Shown here: one piece after another, positions 1-10,620 of the stretch
Layout of the letters: each line of letters starts with the position of its first letter
Position numbering within the stretch: the stretch's first letter is position 1
Notes under the pieces: generated by a model
Told to the model about the DNA's origin: nothing
The model's input: the letters and a program-made list of their open reading frames with translations, nothing else
Database searches by the model: none
Position numbers and translations under genes: made by a program
NCBI GenBank assembly: GCA_016710525.1
Contig: JADJVQ010000038.1
Coordinates: 13,986-45,985 of the forward strand
From: Burkholderiaceae bacterium
GTDB lineage: Bacteria; Pseudomonadota; Gammaproteobacteria; Burkholderiales; Burkholderiaceae_E
Direction of reading: 5' to 3'
Length of the DNA: 32,000 nt

Positions 1-292
1 GCAGCAGCGGGATGCGGTTGCTGGACGTGACCGGCTGCAGCGCCACTTTCAGCGCGGGCAGCTTCAGTTCGGCCTTCACCGCGTCGACGACCTTCATGCA
101 CAGGTCCATCGCATAGCCGATCGGCTGCTGCTTGTCGTCCAGGTACGAGAAGGGGATGGACGATTCGCGATGGCCGATGTTGATCGTGCCGGTTTCCTTG
201 ATCTTCTTGAGTGTGCCGGCCAGGTCTTGCGCGCTGGCTTGGCTGACCATCAGGGCGGCCGCGACCGCGGTCAGAACGACTGCTTTATACAT
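1..292 (-). CDS. Glutamate/aspartate-type amino acid ABC transporter substrate-binding protein, N-terminal part (runs off window edge)
   Basis: Minus-strand translation from ATG at 292: MYKAVVLTAVAAALMVSQASAQDLAGTLKKIKETGTINIGHRESSIPFSYLDDKQQPIGYAMDLCMKVVDAVK. Signal peptide plus the GHRESSIPFSYLDD...PIGYAMDLC motif of GltI-like proteins. Not in the ORF track because it is truncated. Confidence 0.85.
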   Translation of the reverse strand, partial: MYKAVVLTAVAAALMVSQASAQDLAGTLKKIKETGTINIGHRESSIPFSYLDDKQQPIGYAMDLCMKVVDAVKAELKLPALKVALQPVTSSNRIPLL

Positions 293-388
293 ACGGGTTT
301 CTCCTGTTTTGTGACTTGAAGTATACGGTTTGGCCGGCCTGCGGCGGCGGTTCGCCTCGCCATGAAACGCGTGTTCACCGTTCGAGAC

Positions 389-1565
<1,177 letters not shown>

Positions 1566-1576
1566 AGCAGCGATCT

Positions 1577-1667
1577 CGGGGGGCCGGCGCGCGGGCCGGG
1601 CCGCCGCCCCCCCGGGCCGCGGCGCCGGCGCGGCCCGCCGGGCGGGCCGGGGGGGGCGGGGGCGCCG
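1577..1667. repeat. 91-bp tract composed only of G and C, low complexity
   Basis: Direct reading: no A or T between c1577 and g1667. It lies between the aspA remnant and the acyl-CoA synthetase stop codon. Confidence 0.95.
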
Positions 1668-1670
1668 AAA

Positions 1671-3374
1671 CTAGCGGAACTGCTCCTCGAGAAACTCGAG
1701 CTCGGTGCGCGCTGCGCCCGCCGCGCGGCCGGACTCCTGGCCGCGCAGTTCGACCCGGCGGATCTTGCCGGAGATGGTCTTGGGCAGGTCGCTGAACTCG
1801 ATCCGCCGGACCAGCTTGTAGCCCGATACCCGTTCGCGCAGGAAGCGGAAGATCGCCGCCGCAGTCTCGGCATTGGCCGCATGGCCCGGCGCCAGGATCA
1901 CGTAGGCCTTGGGCACGAAGCCGCGCACCGGATCGGGCGACGGGACCACCGCGGCTTCGGCCACCGCCGGATGCTCGATCAGCGCGCTCTCGAGCTCGAA
2001 GGGGCTGATGCGATAGCCCGAGGCCTTGAACACATCGTCGGCCCGGCCGACATAGGTGATGTAGCCCTCGGCATCGCGCATGCCGACGTCGCCGGTGTGA
2101 TAGAAGCCGTCGCGCATCGACTCGGCGGTTTTTTCGGCGTCGTCGGCATACCCGGTCATCAGCGCGGTCGGCCGGTGCGCCAGGTCGATGCAGATCTCGC
2201 CTTCCTCACCCGGCTTGCCATCGGGGTCGAGCAGCACCATGCGGTAGCCCGGAAGCGGACGGCCCATCGAGCCCGGCTTGAGCAGCGCGCCGGGCGGGTT
2301 GCCGATCTGCGCGGTGGTCTCGGTCTGGCCGTAGCCGTCGCGGATGGTCAGGCCCCATGCCGCGCGCACCTGCTCGATCACTTCGGGGTTCAGCGGCTCG
2401 CCGGCGGAGATCAGTTCGCGCAGCTTGACCGGCCAGGCCTTCAGATCCTCCTGGATCAGCATGCGCCACACCGTGGGCGGGGCGCACAGCGTGTTCACCT
2501 GGTGCTCGACCAGCGTGCCGAGAATGGCCGGACCGTTGAACCGGTTGTAGTTGTAGATGAACACGCAGGCCTGCGCGTTGAACGGCGCGAAGAAGCAGCT
2601 CCAGGCATGCTTGGCCCAGCCGGGCGAACTGACCGTCCAGTGCACATCGCCCTTGTTCAGGCCCAGCCAGTACATCGTCGACAGGTGCCCGACCGGATAA
2701 CTCTGCTGGGTGTGCTGGACCAGCTTGGGCTTGGCGGTGGTGCCGGACGTGAAGTACTCCAGCATCGGATCGGTGACCCGCGTGGCCTGGGCCGGCGCGA
2801 AGCGCACTTCGGCGTCGCGCGAGCGGCCGAAGTCGATCCATCCGTTCGGCAGGCCGGCCGCGCCGGTGGACACGGTGATCATCGAAAGTCCCGCCAGCGC
2901 GGCCGCCGGCAGCTCCTGAAATTTGGCCATGCCGGCGGCATTGGTGACGATGTGGCGCACATTGCCGCGCTGCAGCCGGTCGGCCAGGTCGTCGCCCGAC
3001 AGCAGCGTGGTGGCCGGAATGACCACTGCCCCCAGCTTGATGGCCGCCAGCATGGTCTCCCACAGCGGCACTTCGTTGCCCATCATCAGCAGGATGCGGT
3101 CGCCATGCTTCGCACCGAGCCCGACCAGGAAATTGGCCACCTGGTTGGATCGCTGCGACAGCTCCGCATAACTGAGCCGGGCCTGGCTGCCGGACTCCTC
3201 GACGATGTGCAGGGCCGGCGCCGGGTTGTCGCGCGCGATGGCGTCGAAATAGTCGAGTGCCCAGTTGAACCGGTCGAGCGCCGGCCATTGGAACGACGCG
3301 ATGGCGCTGGCGTAGTCGGTCCGGTGGGTCAGCAGCAGGTCACGGCAGGCTAGGAATCGGTCGAGTTCGGTCAT
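1671..3374 (-). CDS. AMP-dependent acyl-CoA synthetase/ligase
   Basis: MTELDRFLACRDLLL...; motifs YFTSGTTAKPKLVQHTQQSY, DGYGQTETT, GFYHTGDVGMRDAEGYITYVGRADDVFKASGYRISPFELESAL, PKTISGKIRRVELR. Confidence 0.93.
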   Translation of the reverse strand: MTELDRFLACRDLLLTHRTDYASAIASFQWPALDRFNWALDYFDAIARDNPAPALHIVEESGSQARLSYAELSQRSNQVANFLVGLGAKHGDRILLMMGNEVPLWETMLAAIKLGAVVIPATTLLSGDDLADRLQRGNVRHIVTNAAGMAKFQELPAAALAGLSMITVSTGAAGLPNGWIDFGRSRDAEVRFAPAQATRVTDPMLEYFTSGTTAKPKLVQHTQQSYPVGHLSTMYWLGLNKGDVHWTVSSPGWAKHAWSCFFAPFNAQACVFIYNYNRFNGPAILGTLVEHQVNTLCAPPTVWRMLIQEDLKAWPVKLRELISAGEPLNPEVIEQVRAAWGLTIRDGYGQTETTAQIGNPPGALLKPGSMGRPLPGYRMVLLDPDGKPGEEGEICIDLAHRPTALMTGYADDAEKTAESMRDGFYHTGDVGMRDAEGYITYVGRADDVFKASGYRISPFELESALIEHPAVAEAAVVPSPDPVRGFVPKAYVILAPGHAANAETAAAIFRFLRERVSGYKLVRRIEFSDLPKTISGKIRRVELRGQESGRAAGAARTELEFLEEQFR

Positions 3375-3476
3375 GGGGTCCTCGGGACGCAGGCGTGATG
3401 GCGATAGTGCCTGCATTTTATGCGCCCGCGCCCGCGATCCGGGCATCGGCCCGGGCTTGCGGCGACCGATCGACGT

Positions 3477-4457
3477 TCACGCGGCCCGGCGCATCGCCAG
3501 GCCCAGCGCGACCAGACTCTCGGACAGCGCATCGGCCAGCGGCGTGACCGGCAGTTCGCCCACCGCGCGCGCCAGCGCCTGCCCGTCCAGCCGATGCGGC
3601 TCGCGCCACAGGTAGGCCATCTCGGCAATCTCGCGCCACATCGGCACGATCAGTCCGCCGGCGCGGATCAGGCCCCAGGGCATGCCGCCCCGAGAGAACC
3701 CCCGCGCCGGCGCGACACCCAGCGCGCGCGCCGCGGATTCGATGGCCGCCAGCCACTGTTCGCCGGTTGCCGTGTGGCCGGCGAAATGAAAGCGCTGCAG
3801 GCCGCGCGGCGCCGCCTGCGCCTGCTGGCGCAGGGCCGCCGCCACGAAGGCGCGCGCCAGATCGGGCAAGTAGGCCCAGGCGTGAGGCCGGTCCAGCGGC
3901 CCGGGATACACCAGCTTGCCTGCGCCCAGCGACTTGGTGATCACGAGGTCCAGCCAGCTGCCGGTGCCCCCGCCGAAGAAGTCGCCGGCCCGAATCACCA
4001 CGCCGTCCAGGCCGCGAGCGGCGCGCTGCGCCAACAGCGCCTCGATCTCGCAGCGGATGCGTCCCTTGCGGGTGGTCGGGTGCTGCACCGTGTCTTGCGC
4101 CAGCACCGCGGGCATCGGCTCGCCGTAGTTGTAGACATTGCCGGGCAGCATGAAGGTCGCGTTCAGGCGGCCAGCCAGGTCCATGCCCTGGCGCGCCAGC
4201 TCGAGGGCCTCGCGCTCCCAGCGGTCATACGGCGGATTGACCGCATGGACCACCGTGCGCACGCCCTGCGCCAGCGGCACCAGCATCGGGTCACCCGGGG
4301 CCATCGCCAGATGGCGGACACCGGCCGGCAGGCCGGCGGGCAGGCGGCGCGATTGCGCCAGCACCGGATGGCCGGCCGCCGCGAAGGCATGGACCGCCGC
4401 CAGGCCGAAGCGCCCGCTGGCGCCGAGCACGAGAACCGGAGGAAGAGAAGCAGGCAT
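3477..4457 (-). CDS. NAD(P)-dependent epimerase/dehydratase-like (SDR) protein
   Basis: MPASLPPVLVLGASGRFGLAAVHAFAAAGHPVLAQSRR: N-terminal Rossmann GASGxxG. Confidence 0.75.
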   Translation of the reverse strand: MPASLPPVLVLGASGRFGLAAVHAFAAAGHPVLAQSRRLPAGLPAGVRHLAMAPGDPMLVPLAQGVRTVVHAVNPPYDRWEREALELARQGMDLAGRLNATFMLPGNVYNYGEPMPAVLAQDTVQHPTTRKGRIRCEIEALLAQRAARGLDGVVIRAGDFFGGGTGSWLDLVITKSLGAGKLVYPGPLDRPHAWAYLPDLARAFVAAALRQQAQAAPRGLQRFHFAGHTATGEQWLAAIESAARALGVAPARGFSRGGMPWGLIRAGGLIVPMWREIAEMAYLWREPHRLDGQALARAVGELPVTPLADALSESLVALGLAMRRAA

Positions 4458-4553
4458 CGCGGGATTCCCAGATGAAGTTCGATGGCCTCATTCTGGCGTC
4501 GCGCGGGCCATTCGCCTATTGCCGGTTTTGGCATATGACCCATACACTTTCGC

Positions 4554-5507
4554 ATGGCACATAACCCACCGCTGGACCGCACGCGCTTCGACTGGTCGCT
4601 GGTGCGCAGCTTCCTGGCGGTGGTCGACGCCGGCAGCCTCACCGGGGCGGCCCGGCGCACCGGCGCCTTGCAGCCCACCTTGAGCCGGCACATTGCCGAG
4701 CTCGAGGGACAGCTCGGTGCGCCGCTGTTCGAGCGCACCGGGCGCGGCGTCGTGCCGACCGCGGCCGCGCTCGCGATCATCGAGGCGGCGCGCACGATGC
4801 AGGACGGCGCCGACGCACTCGGCCGCTCGCTGGCCGGACAGCGGCAGGCAACCACCGGCGTGGTGCGCATCACCACCAGCCAGGTCGCGGCCAATCATCT
4901 GCTGCCTCCCGTCCTCGCCGAGCTGCAGCGGCTGGAACCCGGCATCCAGATCGAACTGGTCTCGTCCAATGCGCTGACCAACCTGCTGCGCCGCGAGGCC
5001 GACATCGCGGTGCGCATGGTGCGGCCCGTGCAGAACTCGCTGGTCGCGCGCAAGATCGGCGAGATCGGCATCGGCGCTTACGCCCACGCCTCGTACCTGG
5101 CCCGGGCCGGCGTGCCGCGCAGCCCCGACGAGCTGCTCTCGCACCGGCTGGTCGGCATGGACACCGACGACACCCTGACCCGGGGATTCGCCGGCATGGG
5201 CATCGCCATCGCGCGCGAGCGCTTCGTCGTTCGGACCGACGACCACCTCGCCTACGGAAGGCTGGTTGCCGCCGGCGCCGGCATCGGCTTTCTGGCGCAC
5301 TATCACGCGGCGCAGACACCAGGGCTGCAGCGGCTGCTGCCCCAGCTGCGCATTCCCGCCCTGCCCTGCTGGCTGGCGGTGCACCGCGAAATCCGGTCCA
5401 GCCGCGTGGTTCGGCGAGTCTACGACCACCTGGCCCGGGCATTGGCGGCTCAGCTCGGATCGGATAATGGTCAGGCGCCAACAGCGCCGGCCGCGAACCT
5501 GTTGTAG
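4554..5507 (+). CDS. LysR-family transcriptional regulator
   Basis: FDWSLVRSFLAVVDAGSLTGAARRTGALQPTLSRHIAELEGQLGAPLFERTGRGVVPT winged-HTH; divergent from the upstream SDR gene. Confidence 0.93.
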   Translation: MAHNPPLDRTRFDWSLVRSFLAVVDAGSLTGAARRTGALQPTLSRHIAELEGQLGAPLFERTGRGVVPTAAALAIIEAARTMQDGADALGRSLAGQRQATTGVVRITTSQVAANHLLPPVLAELQRLEPGIQIELVSSNALTNLLRREADIAVRMVRPVQNSLVARKIGEIGIGAYAHASYLARAGVPRSPDELLSHRLVGMDTDDTLTRGFAGMGIAIARERFVVRTDDHLAYGRLVAAGAGIGFLAHYHAAQTPGLQRLLPQLRIPALPCWLAVHREIRSSRVVRRVYDHLARALAAQLGSDNGQAPTAPAANLL

Positions 5508-5548
5508 TGTCCGGCTGACCAGAGACCCCGGCTCACGAGAGACCCGAC

Positions 5549-6217
5549 ATGCACTACGACGCAACCGGCCGCAACCATGGCCTGAAATTCGACCCTTTCA
5601 AAGCGCTGGCCGTGCCGCGCCCGATCGGCTGGATCGCCACGGTCGATCGCAACGGCGTGCCCAACCTCGCTCCCTACAGCTTCTTCAACGCGGTCAGCGA
5701 TCGCCCGCCGGTGGTGCTGTTCGCCTCGGGCGGCCACAAGGACAGCCTGCGCAACATCGAGGACAACGGCGAGTTCACCTGCTCGCTGGCCACCTATGAT
5801 CTGCGCGATCAGATGAACATGAGTTCGGCCACGGTGGCCCCGGGCGTGGACGAGTTCGCACTCGCCGGCCTGACCCCGGCAGCCTCCACCTACGTGAAGC
5901 CGCCGCGGGTCGCGCAGAGCCCTGCCGCATTCGAGTGCCGGCACTGGAAGACCCTCGAGATGCCGCGGCCGGCCGACGGCAAGGGCGAGCCCTTCATCGT
6001 GGTGTTCGGTCTGGTGGTCGGGATCTACATCGACGACGCGTTCATCAAGGACGGCATCGTCGACACCCCGTCGATGAAACCGCTGGCCCGCCTGGGCTAC
6101 ATGGACTATTCCGTCCTGACCCCCGAAACCGTGTTCTCGCTGAACCGCCCGATCACCACCGAGGACGGCCGCAGCGCCAAGCTCGTGTCCGGTCCCTGGG
6201 ACGGCGTCTACCGGTAG
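5549..6217 (+). CDS. Flavin reductase-like (FMN-binding split barrel) family protein
   Basis: MHYDATGRNHGLKFDPFKALAVPRPIGWIATVDRNGVPNLAPYSFFNAVSDRPPVVLFA. Confidence 0.88.
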   Translation: MHYDATGRNHGLKFDPFKALAVPRPIGWIATVDRNGVPNLAPYSFFNAVSDRPPVVLFASGGHKDSLRNIEDNGEFTCSLATYDLRDQMNMSSATVAPGVDEFALAGLTPAASTYVKPPRVAQSPAAFECRHWKTLEMPRPADGKGEPFIVVFGLVVGIYIDDAFIKDGIVDTPSMKPLARLGYMDYSVLTPETVFSLNRPITTEDGRSAKLVSGPWDGVYR

Positions 6218-6224
6218 GAAGCCC

Positions 6225-7514
6225 GTGGCGCACGACACCGCGGCCATGCCGGGCCCGATCAACATCGTGGGCGCCGGCATCGTCGGCCTGTCGGTGGCGT
6301 GGGCGCTGATCCGGCGCGGTCGCCCGGTCCGGATCTTCGATGCCCAGGCACCGGGGATGGGCGCGTCGTTCGGCAACTCCGGTTCGCTGTCCTCGGGATC
6401 GGTCGTGCCCCTGGCCACGCCAGGCGCCGCGATGTCGGGGCTGAAGATGCTGCTCGACAGCGACGCGCCGCTGGTCGTGCGCCGGCGCTATCTGCTGCGC
6501 GCGCTGCCCTGGCTGCGCCAGTTCGTGCGGGTCTCCGACGAAGCCAGCGTGCGCCAGGTGGCCGACAGCCTGCTCGAGATCCTCGCGCCGACCCTGCCGA
6601 GCTGGCAGCGCGTTCTGGAGGAAATCGGCGCCACCGACCTGCTCCATCACACCGGGCAGCTGCACCTGTACCCGTCGCGGCTCGCGCTGGCCAAGGACGA
6701 CTTCGCCTGGCGCCTGCGCGACGACTATGGCGTGCGCAGCGAGCACCTCGATCGCGACGCGCTGCTGGCCCGCCAGCCCGGCATCGGCGAGGCCTATCCG
6801 CTTGGGGTCTTCCTGCCGCAGGCCGCGGCGATTTCCGATCCGCACGGCTTGTGCGTGCGTCTGGCGCAAAGCCTGCGGGCGGCGGGCGCCGAGTTCGTGC
6901 AGGCCCCGGTGCAGGCACTGCAGCCCGACGGCGCCCTCCAGGCGCAGGGGCGCAGCTGGCCGGCCGCGTCCTGCGTGCTGGCCGCTGGCGCATGGTCGAT
7001 GCGGCTGCTCGAACCGCTGGGGGTGCGCGTGCCGCTGGAAACCCAGCGCGGCTACCACGTGCAGCGGCGCAGCCTCGAGGTGGCACCCGGCCAGGTGCTG
7101 CGCGGACCGGTGGTGTCGGCCGACAGCAAGGTCTTCATCGTGCCGATGCGCGAGGGCGTGCGCACCGGCGGCACGGTGGAATTCGCCGGCCTCGCCGCGC
7201 CCGAGGCGCCGCGCCGCTTCGCGCTGCTGCGCTCGAATTTCGCGCGCGTGTTCCCGCAGGCCCCGGCCTTGCCCGCCGACGACGGCGAATCCACCTGGAT
7301 GGGCCATCGCCCCTGCCTGCCCGACACGCTGCCCGTGCTCGGGCCCCTGCCCGGTTACCCCAACGTGTGGGCCGCCTTCGGCCATGGCCATCTCGGCCTG
7401 ACGATGTCGGCCGTCACCGGCGAGTGGCTGGCCCAGGCGCTGTGCGAATCCGCGCCGCCGGCGCTGGCCCGCTTCCGTGCCGACCGGCCCACGCTGGGCG
7501 CGCGGCTGCGCTAA
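6225..7514 (+). CDS. FAD-dependent oxidoreductase (D-amino acid dehydrogenase/DadA-like)
   Basis: INIVGAGIVGLSVAWALIRRGRPVRIFDAQAPGMGASFGNSG...; C-terminal GHGHLGLTMSAVTGEWLA. Confidence 0.88.
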   Translation: MAHDTAAMPGPINIVGAGIVGLSVAWALIRRGRPVRIFDAQAPGMGASFGNSGSLSSGSVVPLATPGAAMSGLKMLLDSDAPLVVRRRYLLRALPWLRQFVRVSDEASVRQVADSLLEILAPTLPSWQRVLEEIGATDLLHHTGQLHLYPSRLALAKDDFAWRLRDDYGVRSEHLDRDALLARQPGIGEAYPLGVFLPQAAAISDPHGLCVRLAQSLRAAGAEFVQAPVQALQPDGALQAQGRSWPAASCVLAAGAWSMRLLEPLGVRVPLETQRGYHVQRRSLEVAPGQVLRGPVVSADSKVFIVPMREGVRTGGTVEFAGLAAPEAPRRFALLRSNFARVFPQAPALPADDGESTWMGHRPCLPDTLPVLGPLPGYPNVWAAFGHGHLGLTMSAVTGEWLAQALCESAPPALARFRADRPTLGARLR

Positions 7515-7572
7515 CCCGCCCGGCCTTCCTTCTTCCTTCCACCCTATGCCCCCCGGCCCAGGAGCCAGCCCG

Positions 7573-8400
7573 ATGACCACCGAACCCATCACCATCGACA
7601 CCGGTACCGATCAGCTGCTGTGCGAAATCCGCGACGGCGTCGCGCTGATCACGCTGAACCGCCCCGAGGCGCGCAATGCGATGTCCCCCCAGCTGACCCC
7701 GGCCCTGAGCCGGATGATCCAGGAGCGCGGCGAAGACCCGCGCGTGGGCGCGCTGCTGATAACCGGCGCGGGCACCGCGTTTTGCGCCGGCGGCGACGTC
7801 AAGGGAATGGGCGACAACAGCAGCCAGAAGTCGCTCAGTGCCGAAGAACGCGCCGCCGGCATGATCGAACGCCATCGCCGCCTCACCGGCGCGCTGGTCG
7901 GCGTGCGCAAGCCCACGATCGCCGCGCTGCCGGGCGCGGCCGCCGGCGCCGGCCTGGCGATCGCGCTGGCCTGCGACATCCGCATCGCCGCGAAGTCCGC
8001 CTTCGTCAGCGCCGGCTACTCGCGCATCGGGCTGTCGGGCGACTACGGCGTCGCCTGGCTGCTGACGCGCGCCGTCGGCTCGCCGATCGCGCGCGAGATG
8101 ATGTTCACCTCAGAGCGGGTCGACTCGGCGCGGGCCGAACGCATCGGCCTGTTCAATCGCGTGGTCGACGATGCCAACCTGCGTGAGGAGGCCTTTGCGC
8201 TGGCGCGCTCGATCGCCCAGGGCCCGGCGGTCGCCCTGCGCCTGATGAAGGAAAACCTGGACGAGGCGCGCGACATCGACCACGACACCGCGGTCGTGCA
8301 CGAGGCGCAGCGCCTGAGCCTGTCGGCGCAGACCGAAGACCACCGCGAGGCCGTGCGCGCATTCGTCGAGAAGCGCAAACCGGTGTTCAGCGGCCGCTGA
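7573..8400 (+). CDS. Enoyl-CoA hydratase/isomerase family protein
   Basis: ALITLNRPEARNAMSPQLTPAL...LLITGAGTAFCAGGDVKGMG...KPTIAALPGAAAGAGLAIALACDIRIAA. Start chosen at ATG 7573. Confidence 0.93.
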   Translation: MTTEPITIDTGTDQLLCEIRDGVALITLNRPEARNAMSPQLTPALSRMIQERGEDPRVGALLITGAGTAFCAGGDVKGMGDNSSQKSLSAEERAAGMIERHRRLTGALVGVRKPTIAALPGAAAGAGLAIALACDIRIAAKSAFVSAGYSRIGLSGDYGVAWLLTRAVGSPIAREMMFTSERVDSARAERIGLFNRVVDDANLREEAFALARSIAQGPAVALRLMKENLDEARDIDHDTAVVHEAQRLSLSAQTEDHREAVRAFVEKRKPVFSGR

Positions 8401-8474
8401 CCCTGCCGGTTGCCGCGGCACAGAGCGGCACGGAGCGGCGCAGGCCGCGAATCGCCGCCTGTCGCGGCGCCGGA

Positions 8475-10433
8475 TCAGAACACCGTACGGTAGCGGATCG
8501 CCGCCGCGCGCTCGGACGCCGCATCGGCGAAGTGCCCGGGCTGGCTGCGATGCATCGCGGCCAGCTGCAGGCTGCCCCGGCGGCCCATCGGCACCGAGTA
8601 GTGCAGGCTCAGGCGCAGTTCGCGGCCATCGGGTTTCATGCTGACCGAGCCGCGCTCGATCATCGGCGCGCCGGCCGCATCGGTGCCCACCATCCGCTCG
8701 ATGCTCATCGTGCCCCCGCTGACCCGCATCGGCTGCTCGAACGCCAGCGCCAGTCCGTCGCCGTCGACCAGCGCATTGCGCCGGGTCAGCGAGACCCGCA
8801 TCGCCTGGCTCAGCGCGCTGGTCGTCGCCAGCAGGCTGCCCTGGGCGGCCGGCGTCGAGCCGAACGACACCGAGGCATCCAGCCGGGTGTGCTCGTCGAT
8901 CGACGCGCGAGCGAACAAGGCCAGCGCCGTGGTCGCCGAATGCCCCAGCCCGAGCACGCCCTGGGTCGCTGCGCCCAGGAAGGTCTGCTGCTCGTTCATC
9001 TGAGTCATCGCCACGCCGAGCTCGCCGTCGCGGGGCAGCGTGCGGGTGAGCGCCAGACTGGCCGCCGTCGCCTTGTCGGTCTGCGAGGCCAGCGCCGGCA
9101 CCATCGCCCAGCCCGCGCCGATCGGCAGGCGCTGCGTCAGGCTGGTGGCCTGGTCCATGAAGCCCAGATGGGCGACCGGCAGGGCCGCGAAGGCATTGCC
9201 CTGCGAGACGCGAAGCCCCTGGCTCGAGGGCGCCGCGACCGCCGGATTGAGCGCGAACAGCTCGTCGGCCAGCAGCGGGCGGGTCTTGACCAGCGCCCGG
9301 CTCATGTCGGCGGTGAAATCGCGGCCGTATTCGTCCACGCCGCTGACCATCAGCAGGCCGGCCTGCGCCGCATTCTTCATGGCGCCGGCCAGCGCGCCGC
9401 CCGCGCTGGCGCCGTACAGGGGCACGGTCTTGCCGCCATAGGCGGGCGTGGCCACCTGCCCGACCGGCTTCATGGCCCGATCGACATTGACCAGACCGCG
9501 GCCATAGATGGCGTCCACACCGGCCGCGCCCAGGTCGGTTGCCGTCACGAACAGGATGTTGGCCACGTCCTTGGCCGACAGGTAGGTCCATCGGCTGCGG
9601 ATCAGCGCGGCCGCCCCGCTCACCACCGGCGTGGCCATCGAGGTCCCGCTCATCAGGGCGTAACCGGTCTTGTAGGTCGACATCAGCGACGCACCCGGTG
9701 CGGCCAGCGTGAAGTTCATCGCGTCGCCGGCGCGATTGGACCAGGCGGCGATCTTGCTGGCCGAGTCGACCGCGACCACATTGATGATCTGCCCGTTGGC
9801 CCAGGACTGGCTCGCATACCGCGCCGGCCAGCCCGGCTGCGCCAGCGCCGAATTGCCGGCCGCGGCGACGATCAGCATGCCCTTGCCGACCGCATACTTG
9901 AGGGCCGCCGGGTCGAAGGCAGCCGTCGAGCCCAGCGACATGTTGGCGATCGAGGCCTGCTGATCGGCCGCCCAGCGCAGACCGGCATTGAGCCAGGCGG
10001 TATTGCCGGCGCCGTTGTCGGCAATCACCTTCACCGGCATGATCTGCGCCGAATACGCCACGCCGAACATGCCGACACTGTTGCGGTTGGCGGCGATCAG
10101 GCCCGAGACGTGGGTGCCGTGGCCGTTGCCGTCGGCGACCGAGGTGTTGGGTGTGGCGACGGTGAAATTGCGACCGGTGACGATCCGGCCGGCCAGATCG
10201 GGGCTGGCCGCGTTCACGCCGGTGTCGAGCACGGCGATCTTCACGCCAAGCCCGGTGAACTTCAGGCCATAGGCGGTGACCGCGCCGATCTGGCTGACGA
10301 ACTTCGAGTTGTTCAGTTCGGTCTGGGCGGCCTGCGCAGCCGTCTGGGCGAGCCCCGCGACGGGGTTGGCCAGCGCGGCGACACCTGCGAGGGTCAGGCC
10401 GGTGCGCAGCACTGGATTCAAGCGGAAAAACAT
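8475..10433 (-). CDS. Secreted S8 (subtilisin-like) serine protease with extended C-terminal domain ending in Phe
   Basis: MFFRLNPVLRTGLTLAGVAALANPVAGLAQ signal peptide; catalytic Asp AVLDTGVN, His DGNGHGTHVSGLIAAN, Ser SGTSMATPVVSGAAALI; C-terminus ...RLSLHYSVPMGRRGSLQLAAMHRS...IRYRTVF. Confidence 0.92.
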   Translation of the reverse strand: MFFRLNPVLRTGLTLAGVAALANPVAGLAQTAAQAAQTELNNSKFVSQIGAVTAYGLKFTGLGVKIAVLDTGVNAASPDLAGRIVTGRNFTVATPNTSVADGNGHGTHVSGLIAANRNSVGMFGVAYSAQIMPVKVIADNGAGNTAWLNAGLRWAADQQASIANMSLGSTAAFDPAALKYAVGKGMLIVAAAGNSALAQPGWPARYASQSWANGQIINVVAVDSASKIAAWSNRAGDAMNFTLAAPGASLMSTYKTGYALMSGTSMATPVVSGAAALIRSRWTYLSAKDVANILFVTATDLGAAGVDAIYGRGLVNVDRAMKPVGQVATPAYGGKTVPLYGASAGGALAGAMKNAAQAGLLMVSGVDEYGRDFTADMSRALVKTRPLLADELFALNPAVAAPSSQGLRVSQGNAFAALPVAHLGFMDQATSLTQRLPIGAGWAMVPALASQTDKATAASLALTRTLPRDGELGVAMTQMNEQQTFLGAATQGVLGLGHSATTALALFARASIDEHTRLDASVSFGSTPAAQGSLLATTSALSQAMRVSLTRRNALVDGDGLALAFEQPMRVSGGTMSIERMVGTDAAGAPMIERGSVSMKPDGRELRLSLHYSVPMGRRGSLQLAAMHRSQPGHFADAASERAAAIRYRTVF

Positions 10434-10471
10434 CGATGACCTCTTTTTGCTCGGGCTGCATCCAGCCGCGG

Positions 10472-10541
10472 AAAAAGGGCAACGCCTGACCAGCATTGAA
10501 CCGGACGCTTGCGGCTGTCCGATGCCGGCAACCCCGCTGCC
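10472..10541 (-). promoter_or_regulatory. Candidate riboswitch expression platform / intrinsic terminator
   Basis: Minus strand: GGCAGCG (10541-10535, inside the aptamer 3' strand) can pair with CGTTGCC (10484-10478), followed by C and TTTTT (10476-10472). A nested CGGAC...GTCCG hairpin lies at 10521-10502. Confidence 0.45.
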
Positions 10542-10620
10542 TTTCGAGGCCATCGACAGATGGCACCGGGAAGGCCGGAAGCTTTGCGTCCCCGGATTTC
10601 CCCGGGTTTGCCCATGTAGA
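10521..10620 (-). ncRNA. Cyclic-di-GMP-I (GEMM-I) riboswitch aptamer
   Basis: Minus-strand sequence ATGGGCAAACCCGGGGAAATCCGGGGACGCAAAGCTTCCGGCCTTCCCGGTGCCATCTGTCGATGGCCTCGAAAGGCAGCGGGGTTGCCGGCATC. It matches the GEMM-I signature blocks GGGCAAACC, GAAA loop, GGGACGCAAAGC, CCGGCCT and GGNAGCGGGGTTNCCG in order. Confidence 0.95.

Noticed and set aside
1577-1667. Considered as a terminator or structured RNA
   Set aside because: Pure G/C will fold regardless of function. No U-tract or specific architecture, so it is reported only as a composition anomaly.
8110-8474. 3' extension of the 818-aa minus-strand ORF (8110-10566) beyond the protease stop
   Set aside because: It is a different frame from the protease and is antisense to the enoyl-CoA hydratase; no coding signature.
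8532-10439. 635-aa plus-strand ORF antisense to the S8 protease
   Set aside because: Shadow ORF. The minus frame has a signal peptide and the full catalytic triad.
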